Shown piece by piece: positions 1-12,780 of a stretch of DNA of 64,000 bases (positions are counted from its first letter, which is position 1; every line of letters begins with the position of its first letter). The notes beneath the pieces are model-generated. The model was not told where the DNA came from and did not search any database. It worked only from the letters and a program-made list of their open reading frames with translations. Both the position numbers and the translations under genes were made by a program. Origin of the DNA: the human T2T-CHM13v2.0 reference genome, Homo sapiens. The stretch is from assembly GCF_009914755.1 (NCBI RefSeq), contig NC_060936.1. The stretch is one strand, 5' to 3'.

Positions 1-599
1 AATATTACATTTTACTTTCAATACTACTGTACTGTAGCCGCTAAAGGATTTCCAATCAGAAGCAATATATCTGGGGCAACTAGAGGGTGTTATTTTTATA
101 AGAATAAGATGACAAAAATATTGGGATGGAGATACAAAAGATTCACAAAATTTGACTGCTAAAAGTTACACCAGGTTTGTAGCATAAATGTATTTTTAAA
201 AGGGAGACTCGCTAATGTTTCTAGTAGTGTTTCTAATGCTTCTCAACACTGTGAAGTAAAAAATGATCATCGGACTGCAGGTTCTAGAAAAAAAGAATTA
301 TCTGGAAATTTCTCTTCAAGGGCATACTTCGTAAAAAAATGTAACATCTAAATTCAAGTAGATACATAATGTGATCAGTTATTTGTCAGCTATTTATCGA
401 GTACTCTCTGGAGCCAAAGCTTTCTGGACTTAGGTTGAAGACAGAAAAATATATAAAAGATTGTGTGTCTGCTTCCATGCATCTCATAGTCTGGTTTTGT
501 AGCAGAAAGATTATAATTGCTTACCTAGCTAGGTTCCGTAAGTACATAAAAAGTGGGAGAGGGAGTTTGAATAAATCAAGAATTGAATACTATTCTCGA

Positions 600-1090
600 A
601 TGGGGAAACTCAATTTTGTAAAAATTCTCTTTTTCTCAAATTTATTTATAGATTTTAATTTAATAGCAATAAACATTCTGAAAAGAATTTTATCAAAAAC
701 TTGACAAAATGATTCTAAAACAGTGAAATATAGCCAAGAAAGTCTTAATGAATAATAAAGTTTAAGACTTGTTTGTTCTACTAGATACTCAAATATTAGA
801 TGAAGTGATTAGAGTGATATTGTACCCATGAGAAAAGAAAACCAGACCAATAGGACAAAGTGGAGACCCTGGAAATAATAACAAATTATTTAAGGTTGTT
901 GTAGATAATAAATGTAAAATTAAATATTGGTCAGGGAAGGAAATTTGTATAATAGTTGATCTAGACAATTGAGTAAATCTTTGGGAAAGAATAACATCAG
1001 ATACTTGTCTCATACCACATAGCAAAGTATATTTCATGTGGAATACATAGTTCATTTTAATAATGAAACTATATAATTAGAAAATGATAC
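600..1090 (+). mobile_element. Highly diverged L1 (L1ME-like) ORF2 3' fragment
   Basis: Degenerate L1 ORF2-like phrases (cttgacaaaatgattctaaaa, atagccaag, ctcataccacatagcaaa); boundaries approximate. Confidence 0.45.
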
Positions 1091-1899
1091 ATATCTCCAT
1101 GATATAGAAAATGTTTTGTGTATAAAAGATACTTTAATAATATTTTGTATAAAAGATAGTCCAAGAATTCTCCTTCTATACATTTATTTTGAGGTTATAA
1201 TAAGAGTTGTGTTTTAAAAAGATAATTAAAAAATACAATGATAATTGCAGAAGTGCAGTACTTACATAAAATGTTGGGAGGGGAATTTGAATAGACAACA
1301 AACTGAATACTGATTTCGAATGAGAAAACTGAATTTTGGGAAAATTGGCATAGTTTTATTTAAAATAACAAAACGCTGGAAGGAACCTAGATGCTTAAAA
1401 CTAGCAAAATATTTTACTATATAATTGATTTTTTTCAATATGTAATTCAAATTCTTGGAGAAAACATAAAAATTTGCCAGTGGCTATCTATGGGTGATAT
1501 AATTCTTTCAGTCTTATAAAATTATGATCTTTCAGACTTTCTTCAATGAACAGGTATAATGTTTATAATTAGAAAACAGAGTTATAACTATTAAATGGAA
1601 TAACCAAGACTTGATCTAGATGCGGCCAATCTTGAATAGATCAACTAAAAATTAAGAATGAGGCAGGATATTTTAAACTAGGATATTTTTACCTCTTTAT
1701 GAAATGAATGTATATAAATATCTGAGCACTGGTGAACCTACAAATGATTATCCATTTTGGAGATTATGGAGTTATTTATTCTTAGCCCTTCATGTTGTAA
1801 ATGATAAAACTGAGGACCTTTAAAATCACTCATTTTTCTAAAACATACAGCTATTAATGGCAAAATAAGAATTCAAAACCAATCCATCTAAAATACTAT

Positions 1900-3540
1900 T
1901 TTGGTATGTATGTTTAATTTCCGTGTGTGTGTGTGTAGTTTTCAAAATTTCTCTCGTTATTGATTTCTAGTTTTATTCCATTGTGATCAGAGAATATACT
2001 TGATATAATTTAAGGTTTTTTTAGTTTTTCTAAGACTGCTTTGTGGCATAATATGTGGTCTATTCTTGAAAATGATCCATGTGCTGCGGTGAAAAATGTG
2101 TATTCTGCAGCCATTGCAAGAAATGTTCTGTAAATATCTATTAGATCCATTTGCTCTATAGTGCCAATTAAGTCGTCTTTCTTTGTTGACTTTCTATTTG
2201 GATGATCTGCCCGATGCAGAAAATTAGGTTTGAAGCCTTCAGCTATTATTGTATTGGGGTCTATCTCTCTAGCCCTAATAATACTCGGTTTATATATCTG
2301 GGTTCTCCAGAGTTGGGTGCGTATATATTTACAATTGTTATATCCTCTTGCTGAATTGACACATGTATGGTTATATAATGACCCTCCTTGTCTCTTTTTA
2401 TAGTTTCTGTCTTGAAATCTGTTTTGTCTGGTGTAAGTATAGCTACTTCTGCTCTTTTTTGCTTTCCATTTGTGTGGAATATCTTTTTCCATCCCTTTAT
2501 TTTCAGTCTATGTGTGTCTTTATAGGTAAAGTGTGTTTCTTGTATGCAACAGATTGTTAGGTCTTTTTTTTCTTTTTATTTAGCCACTCAATGTTTTTAT
2601 TGGAGAATTTAGTCCATTTATATTCAATATTATAATTTATAAATAATGACTTACTCTTGACATTTTGTTGTTTGCTGGTCATTTTGTGGTCTTCTTTCTT
2701 TACTTCCTTCCTGTCTTTTAGTGAAGGTGATTTTCTCTGGTTGTATGTTTTAATTTCTTGCTTTTTATTTTTTGTACATCTTTTATATGATTTTAGTTTG
2801 AGGTTATAATGAAGCTTGCAAATAATATTTCATAACCCATTATTTTAAACTGATGACAACTTATCACTGAGAGAAAAAGATTAATAAACAAGAAAATAGA
2901 AAATGAATAACTCTACACTTTAAATTTCACCCTCCTGCTTTTTAACTTTTAATTCTTTCTGTTTATTTCTTATACTGTGCATGTCTCGAATAGTTGTTGT
3001 AGTTATTTGTTTTGATTGGTTCATTTTTCAATCTTTCAACTCAAGATATGAGTAATTATGTACCACCTAATTATGTACCACAATTGCAATTTTATAATAT
3101 TCTGTGTTTTTCTCCATACTTACTACTACCAGTGAGTTTTGTACTTTCAAATGATTTCTTATTGCTTATAAAGGTCATTTTCTTTCAGATTGAAGGACTC
3201 CCTTTAGCATTTCTTGTAGGACAAGTCTGGTATTGATTAAATCTCTCAGCTTTTGTCTGGGACAGTCTATTTCTCCTTCATGTTTGAAGGATATTTTCAC
3301 TGGATCCACTATTCTAGGATACAAATTTGTTTGTTTGTTTTCCTTCAGCACTTTGAATATGTCATGCCCTCCCTGCCTCCACTGAAAAGTCTGCTGCCTC
3401 ACATATTAGAGCTCCATTGTATGTTATTTGTTTATTTTCTCTTGCTGCTTTATCTTTGACCTTTGGGAATTTGATTATGACATGTCTTGAGGTAGTCTTA
3501 TTTGAGTTAAATCTTCTTGATGTTCTATAACCGTCTTGTT
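1900..3540 (-). mobile_element. L1 (L1M/L1MA-like) fragment: ORF1 C-terminus, spacer, ORF2 endonuclease
   Basis: Minus-strand peptides MDLIDIYRTF...YTFF..AHGSFSRIDHIL (ORF2 EN) and DIFKVLKE...YPRI..P.KISFKHEGEI...LQEMLKGVL (ORF1p); frameshifted. Confidence 0.9.
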
Positions 3541-5389
3541 ATTTTGGTATGTAATTCATAACTCGGTGCTGGGTCATAATTATGAATAATTTCAATAGGT
3601 AGATAAACCAAATTCATCAATCAATTAATTAAAGTGAATTTATTTTAAAATTATGTTGCCAAATTAGTTCCTAAGGAACAAATTAAAAGTAACCTATAAA
3701 AGGGAACTTATCATAGCAAACCTTAAAATTGCTAAAAGTGCTCATTAAAAGAAAAATGACCAGCACATAAAATAAATTCATTATAAAAATCACCAAAAAT
3801 AAACCTGATATCTTAGAAGGAAAATAAGCATTACTTAAAAATGGAATGAATACCTTAGCAACCAGCTAAGTTCTCAAACTCCATGGAGAGACTAGAAATT
3901 AGGTAGATTAAGATAAAAATGCCTGCTTTTCCAGCAAAGCATCCTAAAATTAGCAGTACTGGCAATGAGATGCTTTCAGTGTATTAGGGGCTGGAAGCCT
4001 GCAAGAAATCAGTTGGGACCATTTTGTAAGTGTCCCTGTTCTTTAGAGACTAGAAAAAAAAATTATAATTTGTGTGAGTCCTTTAGAAAAATAGGCTTTT
4101 CCCCCCATGAGCTTGTCTGGCAGCTTTTTAATAAAGAAAGTTCTAAAACGTGTATAATTTTTTGAGTTATAGCTTGGCGTATGCAATTTGTTGTCCGCAT
4201 GTCAGTCACGTACGCATCACTCTATCTGTGTCATAATTTTGCCCATAGCCACTTACTATCTGAGGTGTCACTCACTTAATATTTTTCTTCATTCTGAAGC
4301 ACGATGTCTATGTTACTACATTTTTAACACAGATTAAATCAAATTCATACATACCCCACATTTTTCAAAAGGTTTTTGTTGTTTTTGTTTCATTTGCACC
4401 TACAAGCAAACTTTGGGGAACACTGATAAATTATTTCTTTGTCTCTAGATTGTAAGTAGGAACAAATGATAATCTACTTAACCTTTATGTATACCATCAT
4501 ATGCATTGTTCGTGTTGGTTAACCTGGATTGATGTGCAAGATATATGTTCAAGAGTTTTTTAAGAAGGCATTTAACAATTACTGTAGGAGTTGAGGAAGG
4601 GATAATTACTTTTGTCTTCTTTTCTTAACAGTGGTCACATAGGTTTCTTTAAAAATTAGGAAATCTATACTGTCTTAATAATAATTCCCACTAAATGCTC
4701 TATTCTTTATCTGCAAGCAGGAGCTGTCCAGTAATTTGAAACATAAGAGTCAGTGAGATGTAGACTATTACATCATCAACAACCCAACATTCTTTCCTTA
4801 AGGAGTTAGCCTTTGCCTGGGTTATTTAGACCTGGGGCTTTTTAGGGAGAGAGAGTGACATTATTTGTTCTACATCTGAAACTGGTTTATGTCTGCCTGA
4901 AGCCAGCCTGGAGACATCCAAATTCCTTTTGTCTGTGAGTGAAATGGAAATAAATCTGGGTGATGAACCTGATCATTCTATCATCGCACAGCAAATCTTC
5001 TCATTCTTATGAAAGTACCTTTATTATGTCATTTCTTACAGAATGAGAAAGGAAAATAGTCATCGTTGTTTCTTTCCTCCTGGGCACCATAAACATTTTT
5101 TTCTATTATTGTAAGTTAAGAAAAATTACGGTACCAGAGAATATGACTTAACTTTTATCTCCTGTCCTATTCCCGACCAAGTGTCTTCGTTTCCTTCCTT
5201 ATTGAATTTATTGAACTTTCTTTTCCTGTGGCCATTTCCTTTATGGAATTTTTATGATTTCAGCACTTTAACCAAGCTTGTAGAATCCCATATATACCAC
5301 TCTGTCCTAAAACTAAATGCACTGATGGTACTTTTTCCAGTTATTAAATGTTTTATTCCCTCTCTGAAGACTTTTGATAGTATTTGTGT

Positions 5390-5820
5390 AGAATGGTATA
5401 GTGGAAAGAGCCAGAGAAAACTCTAATCTGAATCCTGAATTTGACATTTGCTTTTTTTTTTTTTTAAATCTTGAGTGAGTTTGTTAAGCTCTCTGAAGCA
5501 TAGTCAGTTCATTTTGTAAAATGAGACTGATAATAACAGTGTAGGGATAATGTAAAGGTAGAAAATATTATATTTAAGATGTTAGTAGGTACTCAGTAAA
5601 TAATAAATTTTATATGGCAGGCAGCTTGATGCGATGGGAAGCCATTTAATCATTTTTGGATAGGATTATTAACTGTCCTTGTGCAAGTCACCAATCATTC
5701 CTGAGCCTTTGTCTTCATTCATAAAATGGGTATTCCACCCTCTATCAAGGATTGGAAATGAGAAATGTAAAGCTCTTAACCTTGCCAGTGTCAGGAATGT
5801 AGCAAGTACTTGTTCTTATA
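5390..5820 (+). mobile_element. Two adjacent MIR relics
   Basis: MIR core-like motifs (tagtggaaagagc, tgtaaaatgaga, gtgcaagtcac, cataaaatggg). Confidence 0.55.
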
Positions 5821-8515
5821 GTGTTTGTTGCTTAAATCTTTATTGAGTTACCTTTTTTTAACATATTTAATTTATCCATAATCTTTTTTTTTTTTTTGCA
5901 TTTTAGGTTTTGCATCTTGATTTTATTACCATTTATATACACCCTTTTTGTGTTAAGTTAGCCTTAGAACTAAAGTACATATTCTAGACTTAGAACTAAA
6001 GTGTTACATATTTCCCTCTTAAGAATTGAATTACATATGCGTAGAAAGCAGTTTTAAAGGTCAGTCATAGATTACCATTGCTCTTCCTTATTCTCTTAAT
6101 TCAATAGATAAGCCCAAGGCAAAGTGAAATGAATGGGCTGGCTGATGGATCACAAGCTAGAAAATGATTTTCTATGAGTGAGAAACAGAGAGCATAATTC
6201 TCACCTGAGCTGGGGATTTGGAAAGTTTATGACTATTTTCTATTAGCTAGTGAAGGCAATCAATGAGTTAAGGTCAGGTAGCCCTGAGTTTAAATTGCAG
6301 TTTTACCATGTTACATATTCATGATTTTTGAGTGTATAATTTAGCCACACTGCTTCTCAATTTTTTCCATCTTTAAAATCCAAATAGTGACATTCCTTGG
6401 TAAGCAATGAGATACGTTTATAAAGCAACTATTATAGAAATTGAAAAACTCTGTTTCATCTTGCAAACCTACTTTGATCAATTGGTAGTGGTTGAATGGG
6501 GCAATGTGTTAAGGCCACTTAGGGAGGCTGAGAAAAATTTCTACATGCCCAAATGTGTGGAGTAAGAGGAGTGGGTGAACATAAGTCAGACATTTGTCAC
6601 CTGTAACTTGTTACTGTAATCCATAGTAAACACTCAATTATTATTATCATAGTCATCATTGTTATTATTAAGACACAATGAATGGTTACATGAAGTTCTT
6701 CAAAGTTGTAATAAGTGGTACCAGAGTAGTCTATTTATCAGTTTTCATATACTTGCCAAGATGCATGATATATTACATTACTCATTTATAGCCCTTTAAT
6801 ATTTTCTTATCTCAAAGCTTTACAAATTATTAAGTTGCTTAGAAGTTCTTACTGAAAAAAATGGACCAGTCATTAATTATTGAGCAAATTAATAATATTT
6901 AAAATAGATTTTAATAATGATAACTTTCTGACTTGGAAAAAAAAGCAAGTATACTTTCTGAAATAAATTTTAAATATTAACAAAATAATGAAGATTTGTA
7001 TTTCAGAAGTGCTCAGGAATTGGGCTTATCTTCACACTCTTTTTCTGTACAGAAGACCTAGTGTTATTCTAAAAATCAATTAAATTTTTATATGAAAAGT
7101 AGAAGCTATATTAAATACAATGGTTGTACAACTTTTTTAAACTGGCCTATAAGCACTTGAAGATCCAAAGTGAATTTCAGTTTGATTTTGTATGGGACCT
7201 GTAATTTAGGCCCATATTCCATCTGGCTTTATAATCCGTTTAAGAGATAAATATGTGGATATGTTTTCTCATTAATTGCTTTACATTGTTCAGTATTTTA
7301 GGGCTTGTGTATCTTTTCTGTTATATAAATTATATATAGTGTTTTAATATGAAGTGATTCACTTTTCCTAGTACAAATTATTATTTCCTTTATTTGAAAC
7401 ATTTGTTAGTTCAATGTGGCAAGAAAAAATCCATCTGACAGCATGTTAGTTTTTATAGAGATATGAAAATAAAAACAAAATTATTATAGAAATTTATGGA
7501 AATTAAAAAAACAATTTCTAATCTATCATTTTAACAACTACAAGCATTTTTGTGTATTTTATTCCAGTCTTTCATCTTTGCTTCAGTATTTCTTTTGTCT
7601 TTCCTTAGACATATAATTTAATTTCACCAACTTCTTAAGTGCAGATATGTTTTAAACTTTGAGGGAAAAAAATCAAACATTTTTCAACTATCATTTTTAT
7701 GATAATATAGTTTAAGGAGTGTTCATCGAACTAGAAACACATAGATATGTGTGAGTGGGTAAAAATGTGTATTTTTATGCATACTATGTATTATTTGTCA
7801 CCAATATTTTTCACTATCCAGCAAAGCAAAGGGCATTCAAAAGATCAAGAGACTCAAACCAATTCACTTCATCAAACATATTCGTATTTACAATGCCATA
7901 GTAATACAAGTTGAATATGATTAAAACAAAAAGGAATGAGTTCTTCCTTTGAAGCAAAAACTATACATCCAATGTGGGCAATTCATTTACAAAAAGCCTC
8001 TGATTACGCCTCTAAAAGAAAAAGCTGTCATGATTATGATTACTTATGCTTATATATAAAGGTCTGTCTGGAAGATAATGCAAGTCACCAGTTTACTGCT
8101 TGGTCTCAGAAACTGAATAGTGTCTCTACATTTGCAGTGCTTAGTAAAACTACAATATTTAACTTAAATATATAAATTATCTTAAATACAATTGTTGCAT
8201 CAGTTGAATATTTTGTTCACCATATAATCACATAAGGGAAAGGGGAATGATAATTCATAGGCAGCTGGTATACTTTTGGCTTTATTTCCAACTTTTTTAT
8301 CCTGCTCTGCTGTTAGTGAAATGCTGTTTGGTAGCTAAAATATATATTATTAGAGTAATGACTCGTGGCCAAAATGCCTCACACTCATGTTGTATGTAGT
8401 GCTGGGCATGCTTAATAATTGTCATCTGTTTATTGGATTTTCCAAATGAAACTGGTAAATTTTATTTATTTAGTTAATTTTATTAATCATAATTTTAATT
8501 ATTTAATTAAAATAA

Positions 8516-8802
8516 TTTTTTTTGTTTGAGACAGGGTGTCACTCTTTCACCCAGGCTTGAGTGCAGTCGTGCGATCAGGGCTCACCGTAGCCTTGATCTC
8601 CCCGGCTCAGGTGATCCTCCTGCCTCAGTCTCCTGAGTAGCTGAGTCTACACCTGCATGACACCACACCCACCTAATTTTTTTTCAGAGATGGAGTTTCA
8701 CCATGTTGCCCAGGCTGGTCTCTAACTCCTAGACTCAAGCTATCCGCCTGCCTTGGCCTCCCTAAGTGCTGGGATTACAGGCATGAGCCCCCTATCCTGG
8801 CC
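8516..8802 (-). mobile_element. Alu (AluJ-like)
   Basis: Poly-T, gagacagggtgtcactct ... gctgggattacaggcatgagc; J-type gcccagg and ctcaagctatcc. Confidence 0.93.
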
Positions 8803-9084
8803 TTAATTTACTTGTTAACATATAAAATTCAAATAGTTTCTTTAAAGAAATTAGCAGCAGTGTTTAATCTAAATATATTTTTAACTCTTTCAATTACTCT
8901 TTCTCAAAAAGGTAAGTCATTTGTGGATAGGATCTCACACTTTTTTCTTATAGTTCCTTTATAAGGCTTTCCACTTGGTTATTCTATAAATACTTGAATT
9001 TCTAAAGGAATAAATGAATATGAATAAAAAAGAACAAAAGAATAAAGAACAAACATAGCTCTCAAAAAGGAAAAGAAATGATGA

Positions 9085-9310
9085 TAAAGGACATAGGTCT
9101 GGGAATCAGATGTTCTATGTTAAAAATCAAAGCTTTACTACTTATTAAATTTTTTACTTGAGCCATTTTACTTCATTTTCCAAACACATGATTTTTCATC
9201 TGTAAAATGGGAATCATGATGACTTCTTTGGGAATCAGATGAGAACATGAATGAAAGTACTTCCCACAGCATCTGAAATTCCACGCAGTATGATGATGAT
9301 GATGATGATG
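9085..9310 (+). mobile_element. MIR upstream of exon, ending in short (TGA)n
   Basis: ttttcatctgtaaaatgggaatcatgat MIR core. Confidence 0.6.
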
Positions 9311-9375
9311 CTGTTGCAAATAATGTGGAAAAGCTGTATCCTCCCTTTGACCTTCATGATTAATTCTCTTTCCAG

Positions 9376-9497
9376 GTGAAGCATATATGCGTTTAAGCAA
9401 ACTCCCCGAAGCAGAGCATTGGTATATGGAATCACTGAGATCCAAGACTGACCACATCCCTGCTCATCTCACCTATGGGAAGCTGCTAGCTCTAACA
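9376..9497 (+). CDS. TMTC2: TMTC2 internal coding exon (probably exon 8), TPR region
   Basis: Acceptor ttctctttccag, donor gtgagt; 122 nt, phase 1 to phase 0; translates (G)EAYMRLSKLPEAEHWYMESLRSKTDHIPAHLTYGKLLALT, which I recognise as TMTC2; joins in frame to the exon at 54478. Confidence 0.95.
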
Positions 9498-9681
9498 GTG
9501 AGTAACCGCCTTCCTTGGTCTTTAAAACTTGGTTTTCTCCATGCAGACCGGGATAGATGGGTTTGAGGTACTGTTTTACAGCCAGTTATCTAAGCTATTA
9601 GGGATGCAATGGTGGTGATACTAACTTTGAACCCTGTACAGAAAATATAGAAAAATGTGTTACTTTGCCTATGAGGTTTGG

Positions 9682-9787
9682 TCTAGATAAGATGTGAGAT
9701 GTCTGTATCTTACATCTTGATCTAGATAATATGTGAGATGTCTGTATCTTACATCTTGGTCTAGATAAGATGTGAGATGTCCGTATC
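9682..9787. repeat. 39-bp tandem repeat, ~2.7 copies
   Basis: Unit TCTAGATAAGATGTGAGATGTCTGTATCTTACATCTTGG starting at 9682, 9721, 9760. Confidence 0.95.
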
Positions 9788-9880
9788 ATCCCTGTATCAA
9801 AACATCTCCTGTATCCCATAAATATATGCACCTATAGAAAATGTTTAAAAGAATTAAAAAATTAAAAAAACAAAACAAAC
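9788..9880 (+). mobile_element. Very short L1 (L1MA/L1PB-like) 3' terminal fragment with A-rich tail
   Basis: cctgtatcaaaacatctcctgtatcccataaatatatgcacctat resembles L1MA 3' end; A tail; agatgtgagatg repeated on both sides. Confidence 0.75.
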
Positions 9881-10625
9881 AGATGTGAGATGCCATGATC
9901 GTTGATGTAACTTTGAAAAATATAAATGGAGAATCCCAAATATGGAATTACATAATGAATTTGTTCTAATAATCATATTTGCATAAATATTATGTTCTAC
10001 AAACCAGTGTTAGCCCCAAATTGGCTATACTTAGAACTAAATCTGATTCTTATAAATAGCCAACATTGTATAAAATTCTGTGTGCTGAAATTCCTTCTAA
10101 TTAAAATCATTCTGTAAGAGAAGGGAGGCTATCTGATGGCCTCTTACTATGTGACAAGCACCCTTGGAGGCCACCATTTCACGAAAGTGACATGAGTATG
10201 GAGCATAAAAAATTACTAGTATTGTACCACTATGACCTATAAAAATGGTAATTTCATATATTTCAAAGTAATAGTAATGTCTTTATTTTACACAATAGTG
10301 AATAGTTTAAAAGTTTAAGTTTTCTGAGCTCACATAGACAATAGATGATAGAACTAGGCTTCAATCTTAGTCTGAATCAAATATCTGTATTATTTTAGTT
10401 ATAGTACCTAATCTCTCTTCAATATTAATAAAAATAAATGAATATTAGAAAAACATAGAGCAAATGATCAGGAAGGTGATTCCTAAGTGAATTCATTGAA
10501 AAGTATTTTTGTGTTACTTCAAAAATAATAACATTTTACTTTCCACAGAAGATGGTAGATAACACTTATAATTGTCAAATATCCATTCTAAAATACCACT
10601 AAAATACTCTTCAAGAAATCATGTA

Positions 10626-10905
10626 ACGCTTTAGGGGGCCGAGGCAGGCAGATCACCTGAGGTCAGGAGTTCAAGACCAGCCTGGCCAACACGGCGAAAC
10701 TCCGTCTCTACTAAAAATACAAAAATTAGCCAAGGGTGGTAATGCGTCCCTGTTATCCCAGCTACTCAGGTGGCTGAGGCAGGAAAATCGCTTGAACCCA
10801 GAAGGCCAAGGTTGCGGTGAGCCGAGATCATGCTACTACACTCCAGCCTGGGCAACAGAGTGAGACTCCATCTCAAAAAAAAAAAAAAAAGAGAAAAAAA
10901 AAAAA
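10626..10905 (+). mobile_element. AluS, 5'-truncated by ~35 nt
   Basis: Alu body and poly-A; TSD aagaaatcatRta at 10613-10625 and 10904-10916. Confidence 0.95.
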
Positions 10906-10929
10906 GAAATCATATAGGTAGACTAAGTA

Positions 10930-12780
10930 ACCAGAAAACATCCCACTAAAAATATTTAGATCTACTTAATAAAATATAACAGATATGTTTTTAACACTAA
11001 ACTGAGCATGAGTAGTAAGAGAAGTTCCTAGGAGCTAGAAATGAAGTGGTAACTGAATACCAGAGCAGTGAACAGCAGGCTGGTCCTGCAGCTCATCTGG
11101 GATTATTTACTGATTGTGGAAACCAGTGAGAAGGTGGTTTTTGTTTGTTTGTTTTCATTATTTCTAGAATAGGAAACAACGCTTTGGGCCAATGGAAGAG
11201 CAGGAATTAAATGCCTAAATAAGGCAGGGAAATTCTTACCTGCCTTGAAAGGACAACATAAGTTTGTCCACAAGTATAAGAAGGCAGCGTGAATATTTGC
11301 CTATCTCAGAATGGGATCTGGATGGGGAGTGAACAAAGTATCTGCTGGGAATTTGTTGCTCCTGTCCTTTCTTTACCAAGCTTTGGGTTTTGAATTTACC
11401 TACATGACCCTGGAATTCCGAAGCCAATAAATTAAATAAAATTTAGTCTACTAAAAACTTTTGCTGAAGAAGTTACTGGAGATGTTCTTCAAGAAAACAC
11501 AAATCTAGAAGGAATGCTGGAGTGAGGTGCATAAAAGTACTGGGCAAAGAAATTGGTGATGATGTGGGCAAATCAGACTAAGCTTTTAATGAATAAAATA
11601 TTAAGGGAATACTATACAGGAACAATAGGAATGGGAAGAGAGATTTCAGTGGATAAGAGATACAGCTGATTTTTGCAACTCAGAAAGCAGTTGGAAGTAT
11701 TATAACTGACTTGCCTGGGAGAAGGAAATGAAAATCTAAATAAACTTTGGAATGGGATAACAATGAAAAGAAATCTGGCTTACATCAAAGAAACCTGGAG
11801 AGGCTCAAGACATGGAGGCAGCTGACACAGAAAAGAGTCAGTTAAGGGACATAAAATGGGGTAGTAAATTGCAGCCAATGAATGGAGTATTCAGGTCTCT
11901 CCCCTTTGCCCACAAATGCCAGCAACTAGGCACCTGCCTTCAAGGCAAGGGAAAGGGGCCCTTAAGAGGTAGAACAAGTAAATAAAGAGAAGTTCAAGAT
12001 TCAAGAACAGCTTGCACAGTTGAAGGCAGAATGAGGAGGGGAGTGAAAAGAGGACTGATTGAGGGTCTTCCCATGGAGTACTCAGATCCTTAATACCCCT
12101 CCCCTATCCCATGCAGAATACCAGCAACACAGAGTTTACCCCCTTTCCTCCAGCCCACCCTTTTTGCTTACACCTTACCTCTCAAATTGTTGAATTCTGA
12201 TCCAGGGAAACTAAATCACAGTAAGGAAAAGGTTTTCAAATACCTACATTTAGAGGTCCCCTGTAAATGACTGGCTCCCAAACCAGACAGAGCACAGTGA
12301 ATCTATTCCATCTAGAATGCCTGTCTGTGCCTTAGGAATTCGATTCAGCTTTTATTAATTAACTCATTCTTAAACATCAATGGGTAACCAAGGATCATCA
12401 GTCATATCAGGAAAGACACAAATTAAAAAGACTGGAACTAAAACAAATTATTAGGAGAAGGAACTCTAAATCAGAAGACATCTTTAAAAGAATAATAATC
12501 CTTAGAAAGAGACAGAAACATACAGCATTTTATGAAGCAGGATGTCAAGAAAAAAAGAAACCAAAAAAAGCAAGAAAGAGCTTATAGAATTTAAAGGTAT
12601 GATAGCAACATGATTTTCATTTGGAAGATAGGAGAATAAAGGTAATGAAATCATCTTATATGCAAACAAAAAATGAGGACATAAAAGAATGTAAAAGAGG
12701 GAATTATGAAAGAAATCAATATGGGGTCCAAATGGCAGAGAAAGAACAAAGGAAGGGAAAGAACAATAACTAAGAATTGA
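10930..12780 (+). mobile_element. Ancient L1/HAL1-like 5' region and ORF1 relic
   Basis: Purine-rich, degenerate ORF1-like tract at 12380-12780; family and boundaries uncertain. Confidence 0.35.

Noticed and set aside
2010-3402. ORFs with endonuclease-like and ORF1p-like motifs
   Set aside because: Frameshifted fragments of a dead L1, not a host gene
4177-4220. Small CpG patch with an HRE-like TACGTG on the minus strand
   Set aside because: Too short and isolated to support a regulatory call
9173-9457. Antisense ORF with a poly-His run overlapping the exon
   Set aside because: His run comes from a (TGA)n tract at a MIR end; ORF is a shadow of the sense exon
9682-9787. Palindromic ~39-bp repeats superficially like a CRISPR array
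   Set aside because: Head-to-tail units with no unique spacers, eukaryotic context, no cas genes
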